64,000 bases of DNA from Mobula hypostoma (lineage: Eukaryota). The stretch spans positions 12,464,001 through 12,528,000 of the forward strand of contig NC_086118.1 in the NCBI RefSeq assembly GCF_963921235.1, given 5' to 3'. A program made the translations under genes and the position numbers. The notes beneath the pieces were generated by a model that made no database searches, was not told the DNA's origin, and was given only the letters and a program-made list of their open reading frames with translations. Of this stretch, positions 37,321 through 51,478 are shown piece after piece (positions within the stretch are counted from its first letter, which is position 1; the number at the start of each line of letters is the position of its first letter).

Positions 37321-40300
37321 TAGACTGAAATGCTTTGAATAATTTCACCACACTTTCACTGGAATGGTACATTAAGAATAAAGAAATTGCATTTACACAA
37401 CGCCAAACACGTTCGCAGGAAGCCCAAAATGCATTCTGTTCTATTGTACTCTAATGTAGCATTCAGAGGGGGTGAAAGTGTACAGACGCCATTGTGAAAA
37501 TTCCCAGCTAAGTTTTAGAGATATCAGTTAAGAGATAAATAATGCTCCGGTCACCTAGGGAACTTCCTGCTCTTCTAAGCATAATGGTAAGGGATCATTT
37601 GTACATACTAGTAAGGATTAGACAGGCCTTAAATTTAAAAAATGTCATAAGAAATCTGGCTCCTCCCACAGTGCACAAATCTCCCCAATTGCCATTTTAG
37701 ACTTTCGTGTTGCATTATTTGGAATGTGACATAAGCTCAGGATCTTCTAATTGGAAGGCAAGTGTGTTGTCAATAGGCTATGGCTAACATGAGAGCATTG
37801 CCTTTTAACCTCACTAACACACAGTGGCCAGAGACAGACCTGTCCTCTCCTGACACTGAAATAGAATTTTAATTCAATATTTAGCATGTGCTTATGGTTG
37901 GAGGCACACTCCCTCACTCTGCTCAGGATCTCCAAAACAGTAGTAACGTTATGAAGGAACATATCTTCCCAACTTCACACTCAGGTTAGAACTCTGTGTG
38001 CTTGAATTCCTGCAATAAGTAATGTTGAGTCTTTCCAGGATAGTATAGTGCAAGATTGACACTCACATTCTAAGATAATGGGAACTGCCAAACACATGGG
38101 GACTGCACAAAACTATTGTACTCTAAATGCATTTTAAAGCGACTTTTACTACTTATATAAATTTGGACTATGGATTAGTACCAGGTGCATAACTATCAAT
38201 GTATTTCAAGGGTATAGCAAAATCAAAGGATTGCACACTAAAAGAAATGTTCCCGTCATCTGATGTTGCACACCTAAGATAAACTTTCACACAAGTATAA
38301 TGATCTGATGCATTTCTGATGATTTAAGTTAAAGGTACAAGCTGGATTCTTTTGGTCTAATACTTGTTAGCGAGAAACATTACAGCTGTTTGCACCTCTC
38401 TTAGAAATATTATACAAAACCTAATGAAATCATCTTGTATATATGTCAGCTTATACATAACACACACTCTCTGGGATTGCTAGAAGGTATTTAACGGCAA
38501 AATCTTGGTGGCACATAAATATTCCCAGTGAGATACATATTAGATTACACACCAAATAGACATTTTCAATAGGACTAATCCAAATTGAAAAGCAAACTTT
38601 GTGCACAGCAATAACTTTTTTTGCTAGATTTAAATATAAATGTATTGAATATAAGGCATGAGTATTCCACCACCTTCCAGAGCTTCAGCAAAGGAAGGGA
38701 AGGCTGACAAACATAAGAATCCTCATCAATGAAGCCCAGGAGGGAGAAGAAGCTGGGACCTACACAAGCTGGGAGAGGTTCCCTCGTAAACCTTCCCTTT
38801 CCATATTGCAATAGACACCAATTGATTTATTCAGTGATCTAGTGACAACAGAACTTAAGTGCACCAGGAAAGGATTATCAGTAACTTCTGACCCAGATGG
38901 AAACTGATTGGACCAAGTCTAACAAGCCCATAGTGGCGAACTTCTTTAGAAAATGGGAATGGAGAATTGCCATAAGCAGCAACAGCAGGTGGTGCAATTG
39001 TACCAGTACATACTTAATATTAACCATCCATTTGCTGGTATTTACAAAAGCAATTCTTTGTTCCATTTTTGCTCAGAAACGTTTACACCACTAAAATTAC
39101 AAAAATATTGTGAAACAGAGTTTGAATGAGTGTGACTGAGCTGATGTGTTGCATAGTAAGTCACATTACCTCAGTACGATGGGACCCAATAAAAAAAAAT
39201 GGACCCAACTATCCAGAAGGAAGAGTAGATGATGCTCTGTACATCCTTGGTGTATAGGCTCTTCAGCTTCATTTTTAGGGCATTGAGCATAATCTTTCAC
39301 CTTTCACAATAAGTTGAAGTTTGACTCTAAAGCACTGGCAGACTATACCAGATAATGCAAAATTAAATCACTTTCTGATAGCCAGGAAATCAGATATTAA
39401 TTGTAAACATGTCAATAATTGTCCAATTAGGTTAACTGATCTGAAGAAGGATCATACCAAGAATGATCATATTATGAGACTTCACAACAGCACAAATGAT
39501 AGGTTTGGTTTCATCATTTGGTAGTGTATTGTCATTTCAGTGCTGGCATTTCTTTGAAACTATAAGTTAGACATAGGTGTAAGTATTTCATCTCACATTT
39601 CTTGGGAACTTCAAGTCAAATGATACATGATAAACCAGTCTGAATTGGACACAACTGGCATCTTAGAAAAACAACTCAGAAATTGGTCAAGTCATGGTGC
39701 AATATATGAAAGCTGAACTTTGGACACCATCATGAAAACAAAAAGGTCTGTGTTACATCTCAATTTATATCTTATATAAGCGGCCACAGATTGCACCGTC
39801 TCATTGTAGGTACAAGAACAATCACCCATCTACACTGTTCCATCCCACCTTCAGTTTACCCTACATTTGTCAAACTTGAATATAGTATATACTGTACAGG
39901 TTATTAATGATTCCATTCTCAGTAAAAGGAACTTCCATAAAAATGCTTGAATTAATTTTACACTGTTTTTGGTCAATTATTTTGGAAGTCTTTTATGATT
40001 CAAGAATAACAATCTTATATTAGCCTGCTCTTCAACTACGGAAAGGATATTGGGGAGAAAGAGTTGTAGGCTCAAAGAAATTAATTGTACGAAAGTGAAC
40101 AATTCAGCCCATCCTATCCATGACTTCCAAAACAAAGCTATTTAGGCACCAACTTCTTCTCTGCAGCTGACGCACAACCTTGTAGCCAATGGTAAATTAG
40201 TTCTCTTTTTAAATATGATGAAGATTCCTGCCTTTACTTCCCACCCAGGCAGTTTCAACATCTCTCCAATCTTCTACTAATTTCTTTAAATTCAAAGCTC

Positions 40301-43300
40301 ATTTTGGGTTAAGCTTGGCACCAAGTTTGCAGTTGTCATGTTCAGTTTCATATAACTATCAGGAAAAGGGATGGATCTGGTGGCTGAGAAGATGCAATGG
40401 GGAATAAAGCCAATAATTCAACAGACAAACCTTCTGTCAGCTTAGAGGCAGAGGAAGGGTGAAGAGATGTAGCAGCAATGATGAAGCAGATGACACCAGC
40501 ATGCAAAAGGAAATAAAGTGTAATGTGTTTTGCTTTATTCCTTTCTGCTAATGGAAAGCTGTTCTGCCTGATCACACTCCCTAGGCCTCTTATTGTTTCA
40601 TTTATCCTGGGTTGAAGCCTTCCAATCAGAATTCTGCTTAAGTCTCATAACAACTCTTAAAATTCAATTTATCTCAGTTAATGGCTAACATTGGTACCAG
40701 TAGGGAAGTGAAGTGAATTGTAGCTTTGGGGAATAGAGTCAAGGTTAAAGATAATAAGTGAGAGGATATGAAAATTAAGTTTGGATCTTGTCAAGTCTTT
40801 GGAACAATTTTACTATCTTTCCAGTCTGAGATTATCCAGCTTTATTTATTCAATGTCAAGTTTATTGTGAAATTCAAGCTTATTGAACATTCATAAAGTT
40901 GTATATACCTAGGGTATAAATGACATGAAAATTAGCTCTTTGCAACAGCAGCATAGTACATTACTAACAGAAATTACACTGCTCAGGGATTAATTTAGGA
41001 GTTTGCCACAGTTGATAGTGGCAAATTAGTTGAATTGAAGTTGAACAGTTGTTGCTAGTCTTCAGCAGAATTCTGATTGGAGGGATTCAAATCAGGAAAG
41101 TGAGGATTAATTTGGCGGGGGCAGGGCTGTGATAGAAGAGTGCTTAAAATATTCAAGACCTTTGGCATGGAAATAGAAATTGGTGAAGATACAATGGTGT
41201 CCAAGGACAAGAGTCAAATTTCAAAGCAGGTTTATTATCACAGTATGTTTATGCCACCATATAATACCTTGAAATTAATTTTCTTTCAGGTATTTATAGA
41301 AAAATATGGAAATGCAATAGAATTTATCAAACCCTACTCTTAATAAAGACTGGATAAACAACCAATGTGAAAAAGAAGATAAATTGTGCAAATAATAAAT
41401 TTAAAAAGTATTGAAAACATGAGTTGTGGAGTCCTTGAAATTGAGTAAATAGGTTGTGCAGTCAGTGATGAGGTGAGTGAAGTTATTCATACTGGTTCAG
41501 GGGCCTGATAGTTGTAGGATAATAATTGTCCCTGAACTTGATGGTATAGTTGTAAAGCTTCTGTACCTCCTGTTTGATGGTAGTAGTAGTGATCTGGAAA
41601 CATCTTCAGTTTCCTTTTGTATGTTGGTGTCATCTATATCTACATCACTACTATCTCTCTTAATCCGCACCCCCCCAGTCTTGATGAAAGGTCTTGGCCC
41701 AAAGTGTTAATTGTACATTTTCCTCCACAGATGCTGCCTGACCTGCTGAGTTCATGCAGTATTTTGTGTGTTACTCCAGATTTCTATTGTGTACAGTTTT
41801 CCTATCTTGACCTTTCATCTGCATTTAAGGTGGCACTTGGACAACTAATGACAAAGGGTGGAATTATTGTCTCCACTTCGCATCATATATTCTATTCTTC
41901 AGTCACCAACACCATCTCTCCTCCTATGTGTGAAACTAAACCAGGCTATTTGCAATTTTGGTGCCATATTTAAACCCAAAAAAGCTTTGGACAGTATTTC
42001 TACACCACTTCTAAAACACCACACATTAATCAGCCTGTCTGCTACTGAAACCTATTTCTTTGTTCAAAGGTTAAGAGGTATCTTTAGACATTACTATTCT
42101 AAAGTATTGATGACAAACATCACAAGCTCCAGTTTCCAGAAGTTTGAAGGGATTCACAACTTTGCTCTGCACATTCTGACATCCGCCAGTTCCAGTTCTC
42201 TCTTCACCCCTCCATTCTTAACTGTTCCTCTTTGATGACTCAATATTATAATTCAGTATTATAATAATTCTGTGAAGGGCCTTGGTAAATTGGTCAAAGT
42301 GTGAAATAAACATATTTTAAGTGATAAAATAGGTACTATAGTTGGAGGACACTGATATCTAATACTTCTTTCCCTTCTTCACAATCCTTAGATATATTGT
42401 ATCAGGTATTAAAATCTTGTAAAACACATTAAAATGATCACACAAAGATCTAAACACCTTGTGAATGAAGATTATGGCAATCTATTCGACAATAACATGT
42501 CTGATTCTCCGATAAAATGCTCTAGTTTAGGACTGAGCAAGTTTCCATCCTTAGTATGTTCTCTGTAATGTATAGATTCTGTATAGAGATTCTCAGTATT
42601 ACTTGAAGATACATTCAAAATGTTTGGTTCCCATTTCAGCTAAGGAGTCTCAGTTCTGAAATCTCATATTAAAATTGCTTTTCATTGTATTTCAGTAGAC
42701 AAATCTACTGAAATTATGGATGAGCAATTCCCCATCTGCACCACCCAATGATTCAATGATCTGAAACCAATTATTATCTTGAAACCTATCTATCAACTGC
42801 ACAGGCTCTTCCGTGTTTCGTTATTATCCCAGTCAGATTGTCATTCTGCTTGAAATCACAGTACCTCTTGAACAATTTGAATGGAAAAATACAAAATTAT
42901 TAAGACAAAGGAAAACTGTTGATCTATTTCCTTCACACTGGGGAAGCATCAACATGAATTGACTGTGCTGCAATAAACAGTAAAGGGATGGTCACAAGAC
43001 TGTAGATTGTGGGACTCATTGAATGTGTGACTGGTATTTTTTCACTTCCAGTTTTCGACGGGCCTTGTCACAATGGAACCGAGTGAGAAATAATTTAAGA
43101 GACTAAGGAATAAACTAGAAAAATTTGGGCATTGCTGGAAATTCTAAATATAATTAGACAATGCTACAAAATAAGTGACTGACGATGCAACACTTACAAA
43201 ATAATGAATGAACAATTCCCCTTTATTCATGAAGTGAAAAGGTAGATTATGACTTTTTACTGGATTAAATGGAGGGATTGAATATTTCTGGTATGGGCAT

Positions 43301-43607
43301 TGATTTTGGGCAAGGTCAATACAAATTTACTTCTTTCAGAGCAATGGTGGAGTTGGATTACTTTTCCAGGTCTTCATTTTTTGTGATATTATTATTTTAG
43401 AAAAGAAGGTACAGATTTTCCTGTACGAGACCATGCAAAATCCACAGTGAGCAGCAAATGAAATCTAAATTCCAAGATGATACAACACTTGAGAACCAAA
43501 AACACAGTGAAAGTTCCAGCAGGTCTGAATGGTCTCTCTATAAACCCCACAGCTAAGTCTCTAACTAGGCTCCCAGATGCTATTAAGCTATCTTGCTCTT
43601 TCTCAAG

Positions 43608-43940
43608 ATAATGGTGATGGTGATGATGATAATGGTGATAATGATGGTGGTGGTGGTGTTGATGATGATAATGGTGATAATGATGGTGATGTTGATGATG
43701 ATAATGGTGATAATGATGGTGATGGTGGTGTTGATGATGATAATGGTGATAATGATGGTGGTGGTGGTGTTGATGATGATAATGGTGATAATGATGGTGA
43801 TGGTGATGTTGATGATGATAATGGTGATAATGATGGTGGTGGTGGTGTTGATGATGATAATGGTGATAATGATGGTGATGGTGATGTTGATGATGATAAT
43901 GGTGATAATGATGGTGGTGATGGTGGTGGTGGTGGTAGTG
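43608..43940. repeat. Compound triplet minisatellite with a 39-bp unit
   Basis: Unit GAT GAT GAT AAT GGT GAT AAT GAT GGT GRT GGT GRT GTT, about 8 copies. Confidence 0.95.
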
Positions 43941-44954
43941 TTGCCATGTGTACAGCCTATCCATTTCATTCTAACCTAATGACAATCTGTACTGTTCCTT
44001 TTCATTTATGGTACTGTCTACTAATAAGAACTCTAGAGCAGAAAACTTCTAGAATTGTGTAGCCTCTGGATGAAAAAAGAAAATTTTTGAAGACAATTCA
44101 TTTTTTGGAACAATATTCCGCAAAATGACCACGTCATCCTTGGGAGCCTTCTGATGATGCATCTTTAATAAAGATGAAGAGCATTAATACTGGGGCAGGG
44201 GACTGTTTCGCTTTCAGATTGTTAGTGCCAGTATTACGTGTGTTTAGGTTGTGTACAGTACCTCTTCATTCTGCCTCAGTATAACACCTCAATAACCACT
44301 TGAGAAAAAGCCACCTTTTCATTGCTGGCTCCATTATGTATAGTCGCTGTCTAAAGATGGTATCAAAGGATAATTTCATCCACCTCTTGATCATGGATGG
44401 CTGAAGAACTTCATATCAAATGCCAAATTAGGCCAACTTGCACTTCTGGATTATGGTCAAATTAATTTTATCCAAGGACACTCACTGAGAGCAAAGTTAA
44501 TTCCTTTGTTTAGATTCTAGCACCCATAGTGGAAGATTGATGCTTATCCTCCTGTATCTATTTAATTCATACACTTTCCCATAAAGTGCTTGTTGGCTGT
44601 CTCTACAAAGATAAGTGTTTACCCTACAGCGCAAATTAGACCTCATTCTTTAACAGTTTTTGCGGGCTATGGAATATAAGATATGTTTTGAAACTGAAGG
44701 CATGAGGGCCACTTTCATACAGCATGTAAACATGTAACGTGTGTAAATAACCAACAGTCAGAGATGACCATCTCCCTCTTAGACAGAGCTTTTTACCAAC
44801 CAAAGTACGATACTATAGTTGATCAAGGATTCCATACTGATTTCGTCTGATATGTGACATCATCAAATTTGTGGGGAAAAGGAAACTGTAGAGAGAAAAC
44901 CTTCCAGAATGTGCAAGTAATATCTCTGACCAATCTGCCATGATGTCCCAGAAA

Positions 44955-45299
<345 letters not shown>

Positions 45300-46249
45300 T
45301 CATGAGCAGGTTAAAATAATGAAAGTCCCAATGTTTAATTGCAGAATGCTTTAATGGGACTCTTTCAGCTACATGTGCAAGCAGAGTTATATAGTGGCAG
45401 CAAAGAATGTGTCATGAAGATTAAGTTTAAAAGCAGTGGTGACCTTGGCATCTGCTAGTAGTGCCAACATTCATTGCAACTTGGCAACAGGTGTTCTTAC
45501 CACAGATGGCAGAGCTCTGAAACAGACTCCCTCAAGACCTAGAATGAGCAGAACAGTTTGCCATGATTACGGGATGGCAACGATGCCAAGATCCACAGGC
45601 AATGTATTCAGCCTTTCCTTTCCCTTTTTCTTGTATCACTACACCCATGGTGCACACGTTCCAGGCATTTTAAACCCAAACGATTTAGGATAGTAGAAAA
45701 TTGCATCATTTGTACAAGTTAAATAAAGAATGTTGTAGAAATGTCTATAAAATATTTATTATACTTTAGGAAAGTACACTAAATGATGGCACAGAGGAAC
45801 ACAAGATGAAACTCTAACTGCTTCATCATTTATCAATGTTCCCTTGTCTTGTTCCAAGTAGGCACACAAGTCAAAACAAAGGACAAATCCTACTGTTCCT
45901 GTCAAAGTTCTGTTAATTACTAATTCATGATTTTCTGGTCTGAATAAGGTGAATGTTCAAAATGATACCTGCTGACACACAGAGTACAGCTCAGCACAAA
46001 ACTGCTTCTGACTCTGCAGCAGATTCTGGAGCTCCTTACCAGTTTATCAACTGCCTGCTCCCAAGGGCATCGAATTCTTGAATCTTTAGCCTTTTATTCA
46101 CCAAAATAAAATCCAGCTGACCTACTCCTAACTTTCATCCATTAGCATTTGAACTCTTTGCCATGTTGAACAATTTCTTGGGCGACATGTTGTGAATGTA
46201 GCCATACTTCTAAAACATCATTTTTGAAATTGGGTTTATTAAATTCCTC

Positions 46250-46505
46250 AGCAACACACACAAAATTCTGGAGGAACTCAGCAGGTCAAGCTGCATCTAT
46301 GGAAATGAATAGATAGTCAAAGTTTCGGGACAAGACCCTTCTTCAGGACTGAGAAGGAAGGGGCAATATGCCAAAATAACAAGGTAGGGGAGGGGAAGGG
46401 GGCTAGCTGGAAGGTGATAGGTGAAACCAGCTGGGTGGGAAAGGTCAAAGGCTGGAGAGGTGTGATGCTTTGGATTTCCAGCATCTGCAGACTTTCTCCT
46501 GTTTA
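46250..46505 (-). mobile_element. Penelope-derived fragment with a decayed hammerhead core and a short inverted end
   Basis: Minus strand cagtcCTGAAGAagggtcttgtcccGAAActttgact; ends with an inverted ggatttccagcatctgcaga. Confidence 0.75.
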
Positions 46506-46890
46506 TAAATACCTGCCCACATTTTCCTTCATGTTTCTACATGAATCAGATTTGCGTAAAATACAGCACAAATTTATTTCCTCAGAAGGTTCTTGTACTA
46601 TTGATGTTAATCCAAATGACTAAATATTTTTTATATTAGATGTAAAATGAGCAGTTCTATTCCTGTATAAGCATCAGCATTAATATAGAAATTTAATGAA
46701 ATTTCCAATCATGGATTTATGCAGCAAGAAATGGCATTTGACACATCACATCCGCGCCAACCTTTTTGCTGATCTGCATCAAACCTATTTGTGTGCATTA
46801 AGACTGTAACCTTTCATGTCTTGCCCTTCAAGTAGACGTCTAAATGCCCCTTAAACATCTGTTTCCACCATCTCCTCTGGCAGCATAGAT

Positions 46891-47686
46891 CAGGGATCCC
46901 CAACCTTTTTTGCACCGCGGACCGGTTTAATATTGACAATATTCTTGCGGACCGGCCGACCGGAGCGGGGGGGGGGGGTGTTCAAGTGGGGTTAAACTCA
47001 CCTCAACGTGTCTTTTACAGTTAGGGTTGCCAACTTTCTCACTCCCAAATAAGGGACAAAAGTAGCAGTCAAATCCCGGGACACTTGCGTTTACCCCAGA
47101 AAGACTACCATGACCATGAAGCCTTGCGCGGGCACCTGTGTGCGCATGCGTGACGTGCGCATATGAGGCGTGCGCATACGTGCCGATTTTTCCCACAAAT
47201 CGGTTTTGGCTTAATCTTCCCGACCACACTGTACATACATTATTTCTACTTTATATAGGCTGTGCATTGATCATATCATTCCTGCTTTTACTCTATGCTA
47301 GTGTTACTTTCAGTTTTATGTGTTATTTGGTATTATTTGTTAGGTTATTTTTTGGGTCTGTGAACGCTCAAGCATTTTCCCATATAAATTAATGGTAATT
47401 GCTTCTTCACTTCACGCCATTTTGGCAGGAAAGGTTTCATAGGAACGCTCTACCTTAGCTGGGGAAATACGTGACAAGGGCGGTCCCGTATGGGACAAAC
47501 CAATTTAGCCCAATATACGGGATGTCCCGGCGAATACGGGACAGTTGGCAACCCTATGTTCAAGTTCAACAGTGCGTGACAGGGAATGAGGAAAGGTGCA
47601 GCTGACCCGTATCGTTTCCTCATGGCCCGGTAACATATGCTGAGCAGCCCGGTACCGGTCCACGGCCTGGTGGTTGGGGACCGCTA
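46891..47686. mobile_element. hAT-Charlie (MER1-like) non-autonomous element containing nested inserts
   Basis: TIRs CAGGGATCCCCAACC / GGTTGGGGACCGCTA, with an 8-bp TSD GCATAGAT at 46883-46890 and 47687-47694. The host is a minus-strand CR1 3' fragment (46720-48050). Confidence 0.9.
46987..47556. mobile_element. Second hAT element (TAGGGTTGCCA termini) nested in the Charlie-like element
   Basis: TIRs TAGGGTTGCCAACT (47022) / AGTTGGCAACCCTA (47556), with an 8-bp direct repeat TGTTCAAG at 46979-46986 and 47557-47564. Confidence 0.8.
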
Positions 47687-49379
47687 GCATAGATAACAAC
47701 TATTTTATTTGTGATATGTTTATCCTTTAACACTCCCCACTCTCACCTTAAAACTTTATCTCACCGTTTTTGTTTCCCCTTCCAAGGAATAAAAAGATTT
47801 TGTCTATCTATCCTGACCATGCTTCTCATAATCTTAAAAATTTCTATCAGGTTACCCTCTCAGCTTCTTTTGCTTCAAGAAGACAAACACTCTGTATCCA
47901 TTTCTTCACAATAACAATCCAGGCAATATTCTAGTGACTTCATCTACACCCTCTCCAGTGCAATCACATCCTTTCAAAAGTGTGGAAACCCGAACTGCAC
48001 TCAACACCTAGAGTGTGGCCCAACCAGTATTTTGCAAAGTTGCAATGTAACATTATTCGAATTGGAATTGGTTTGTTATTGTCACGTACACTGAGGTACA
48101 AAGAACAGCTGGTCTTGCAAACTGTTCATACAGATCACATCATTACACAGTGCATTGAGGTAGAACAAGGTAAACCAATAAAAATGCAGAATAAAATGTA
48201 ACACCTGCAGAGAAGGTGCAGTGCAGGTAAATAATAAATTGCAAGATCATAAGCTTCTTGTGGTCACATGCAGACTGGTGCCAAACCAAGCTGTGATGCA
48301 TCCAGACAGGATACTTTCTCTGGTGCATCGATAAAAGTTGAAAAGGTTGATGGGGATATGTGAAATTGTTTTAGCCTCCTGATAAATTAAAGGCATTAGT
48401 GACCTTTCTTAGTTGTAGTATCTATGTGGTTATATCAGGACAGATTATTGATGATTTTCACTCCTAGGAAATTGAAGCTCTCAAACCCTCTTAATCTCCG
48501 CACTAATGCTGACAGGAGCCTGCGCACCTACCCGTTTACTGAAGTCAATGGCAAGTACTTGGAGCTTTGACAACCAACTGATCAGGAAATCAGAAGTGTG
48601 AGAGGATGGAATTTTACTTGGGTCCGCTACCGAGTAGAAAAAGGCAGCAACTCGCGTCAGGTTTTTTTTTTGGCGCTTTGACCAGCGACCAATCGGAGTT
48701 TGGGATTGATTAGCGGGAACAAGTTAAACAAAGGCAGGGGGAAGCACAGCAGCCATAATACGTGTGGACAGAATTAGTGTGGTGATTTTGAGGCCTTAGC
48801 TCTTTGAGGCTTCAAAAGAAGGGAAGATTCAGTCTGAGAAAGTAAAATGGAAAAGCTGCAAGTCGAGTTCACTCCCCACCTTCTTTACGTTTGCTCAGTT
48901 AGAACAATATTGATGCCAGGCCGAATAGTTGAATGCTCCTATCATGGGATGTGGTACAGCAGGGAGACATCTGGTGTCACTGATGACTACAACTCCAAGA
49001 ACTGCATCCAGCTGCAGCTTTTAATAATCCATGTTAAGGAGCTGGAGCTGGAACTGGATGAACACCGGATCATTTGGGAGTCTGAGGAGGTGATAGATAG
49101 GACATATAGAAAGGTAGCTACACACAAGGTCAGGACACAGGAAACTGGATGACAATCGAGAAGGGGAAAGAGGGCTGTGCAGAGTAGCCCTATAGCCAAC
49201 CTCTCAATAACAAGTATATCAATTTGGATACTGTTGGGGGGAGTGACCTACAGAGAAAAGTCACAGTGGTCAGGTCTCTGACACTGAGTTTGGCTCCGTG
49301 ACACAGAAGGGAAGTGGGGAGAAGAAACACACTGTGGAGATAGGGGATCTGTTTGTTAGGGGAGCAGAAAGGAATTTCT

Positions 49380-50983
49380 ACAAAGTTAAATCCTGTGACA
49401 TAGGGGACAGCTGAGATCCACTTCCAGGTGAATTCAATGCCTCTTATGCTCACTTTGATCACTAGAACAGGAAGGAACCATCGCATGTCTATCGAAGATC
49501 CTTTGCTCTCAGCATCTGAAGGTAACCCGCGGCTGCTTTCAAGAATCCAAGGTCTGGACGGAGTATCTGGCTGAGTACTGAAGATCTGTGCTGATGAACT
49601 GGCAGGATATCTTCAAAATCTTGCTCCGGTGCGTGTGGCTTACCCACATGCTTCAAGATGACTCTCATCCAGTGGCACTTACATCCGCAGTGATGAAGTG
49701 TTTTGAGAGGCTGGTGTTGAAATATATTGCTCCTGTCTGAGTGGTGACTTGGACCCACTCCAATTGAACTACCAAAGCAACAGGTTTACAGCAGATGTTA
49801 TCTCGTTGGCTCTTCACACAACCCCGGAACATCTGGACAGTAAAGATGCATACATCAGAAAGTTCTTTATCACTTACAGCTCAGCATTAACACCATCATC
49901 TCCCTAACACTAATCAGTGAACTTCAAGACCTGGGCCTCAATATCCCCTTGCTCAATTGGATCCTGGATTTCCTCACTTGTGGACCCCAGTCAGTTCAGA
50001 TTGGCAAAAACATCTCCTCCACTATCTCCATCAGTACAGGTGCACTACAGGGATGTGTACCTAGCTCCCTGCTCTACTTGCTTTACACCTATGACTGTGT
50101 GGCCAGGTACAGTTCTAACACTGTATACAAGTTTGTTGATGGGCAGTGTCAAAGGCGGTGATGAATCAGCACACGGGAGTGAGAATGAAAATTTGCCTGA
50201 GTGATGTAATAACAACAACCTCTCAGTCAATGTCAATAAGATGAAGGAATAGATTTCAGGAGAAGGAAACCAGAGGCCCATGAGCCAGTACTCATCAGAG
50301 AATCAGAGGTGAAGGGGGTCATTAACTTTAAATCCCTGGGTGTCACTATCTCAGAAGACCTGTGCTGGACCCATAATATAAACATAATTGTGAAGAAAGC
50401 CAGGCAGCATGTTTACTTCCTCAGGAGTCTGCAGAGATTCAGCCTGATGTTAAAAACTTTGGCAAAATTCTATAGAAGTGTGGTGGAAAGAGAGCTGATC
50501 AGCTGCATTACAGCCTGGTATGGGAACACCCATGCCTATGAGCAGAAAATCCGACAAAAGGAAGTGGAGTCAGCCCAATATATCACAGGTAAAACCCTCC
50601 CAACCATGGAGCACATCTACATGACACATTGCTGGAGGAGAGCAGCATCCCGTTTCAAAGATCCTCACCACCTAGGCCATGCTTTTTTCTCGCTGAAATC
50701 AGGTGGAAGGTACAAGCACCTCAGGACTTGCACTGCCAGGTTTAAAAACAGCTATTACCTCTCAATAATCAGACTCTTTAACAACATGCACTTAAGGACT
50801 CTTTTATCTTGTTATTTCATGCTCATTAAGTGTTTATATTTGGATTTGCACAGCTTGTTCTCCATTGATCCTGTTTACAGTTCCTGTTCTATAGGTTTGC
50901 TAAGTATGCCCGCAGATAAAGAATCTCAGAATTGTATGTGGTGATATGTATGTATTCTGATAATAAATTTTACTTTGAACTTT
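49380..50983 (+). mobile_element. Rex1-type LINE inserted in CR1 ORF1
   Basis: Contains [30 protein letters not shown] and ISCITAWYG; tail gataataaattttactttgaactttga. The CR1 esterase resumes at 50984. Confidence 0.9.
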
Positions 50984-51388
50984 GAGGTTCTGTAGGCGAA
51001 AATAAGATTCCTGGATGACATGTTACCTCCCAAGTGCCAAGGTCTGGAACATCTCCGATCGAGTCCTCAGCATTCTCAAGTAGGAAGGTGAACAGCCAGA
51101 GGTCATGGTCCACGGTCCAATGACATGAGTAGGACAAGTGACGAGGTTTTGCAGAAGTTCATGGAGTTAGATGCTAAGTTAAAGGGCTGGACCTCCAGGG
51201 TTGTGATCTCAGGATTGTTACCTGTGCCACATGCTAGTGAGGCCAAAATTAGAAAGATTATATAGTTTAACACATGGCTAAGGAGTTAGTGCAGGATAGA
51301 GGGCATAATATTCTTGGGTCATTGGGCTCTCTTCCAGGGAACCGGTACAGAAGAGATGGTTTGCACCTGAACTGGAAAGGGACTAATA

Positions 51389-51478
51389 GGGTCTCGGCCT
51401 GAAACGTCGACTGCACCTCTTCCTATAGATGCTGCCTGGCCTGCTGCGTTCACCAGCAACTTTGGTGTGTGTTGCTTG
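51389..51478 (+). mobile_element. Short Penelope-derived insert in CR1 ORF1
   Basis: gggtctcggcctgaaacgtcgactgc...gtgttgcttg interrupts gggactaatatcc; AATA is duplicated. Confidence 0.85.

Noticed and set aside
43392..44062. His-rich, Ile/Thr-rich, Met/Val-rich and Asp/Gly-rich ORFs
   Set aside because: They are by-products of a stop-free triplet repeat, with no splice or domain support.
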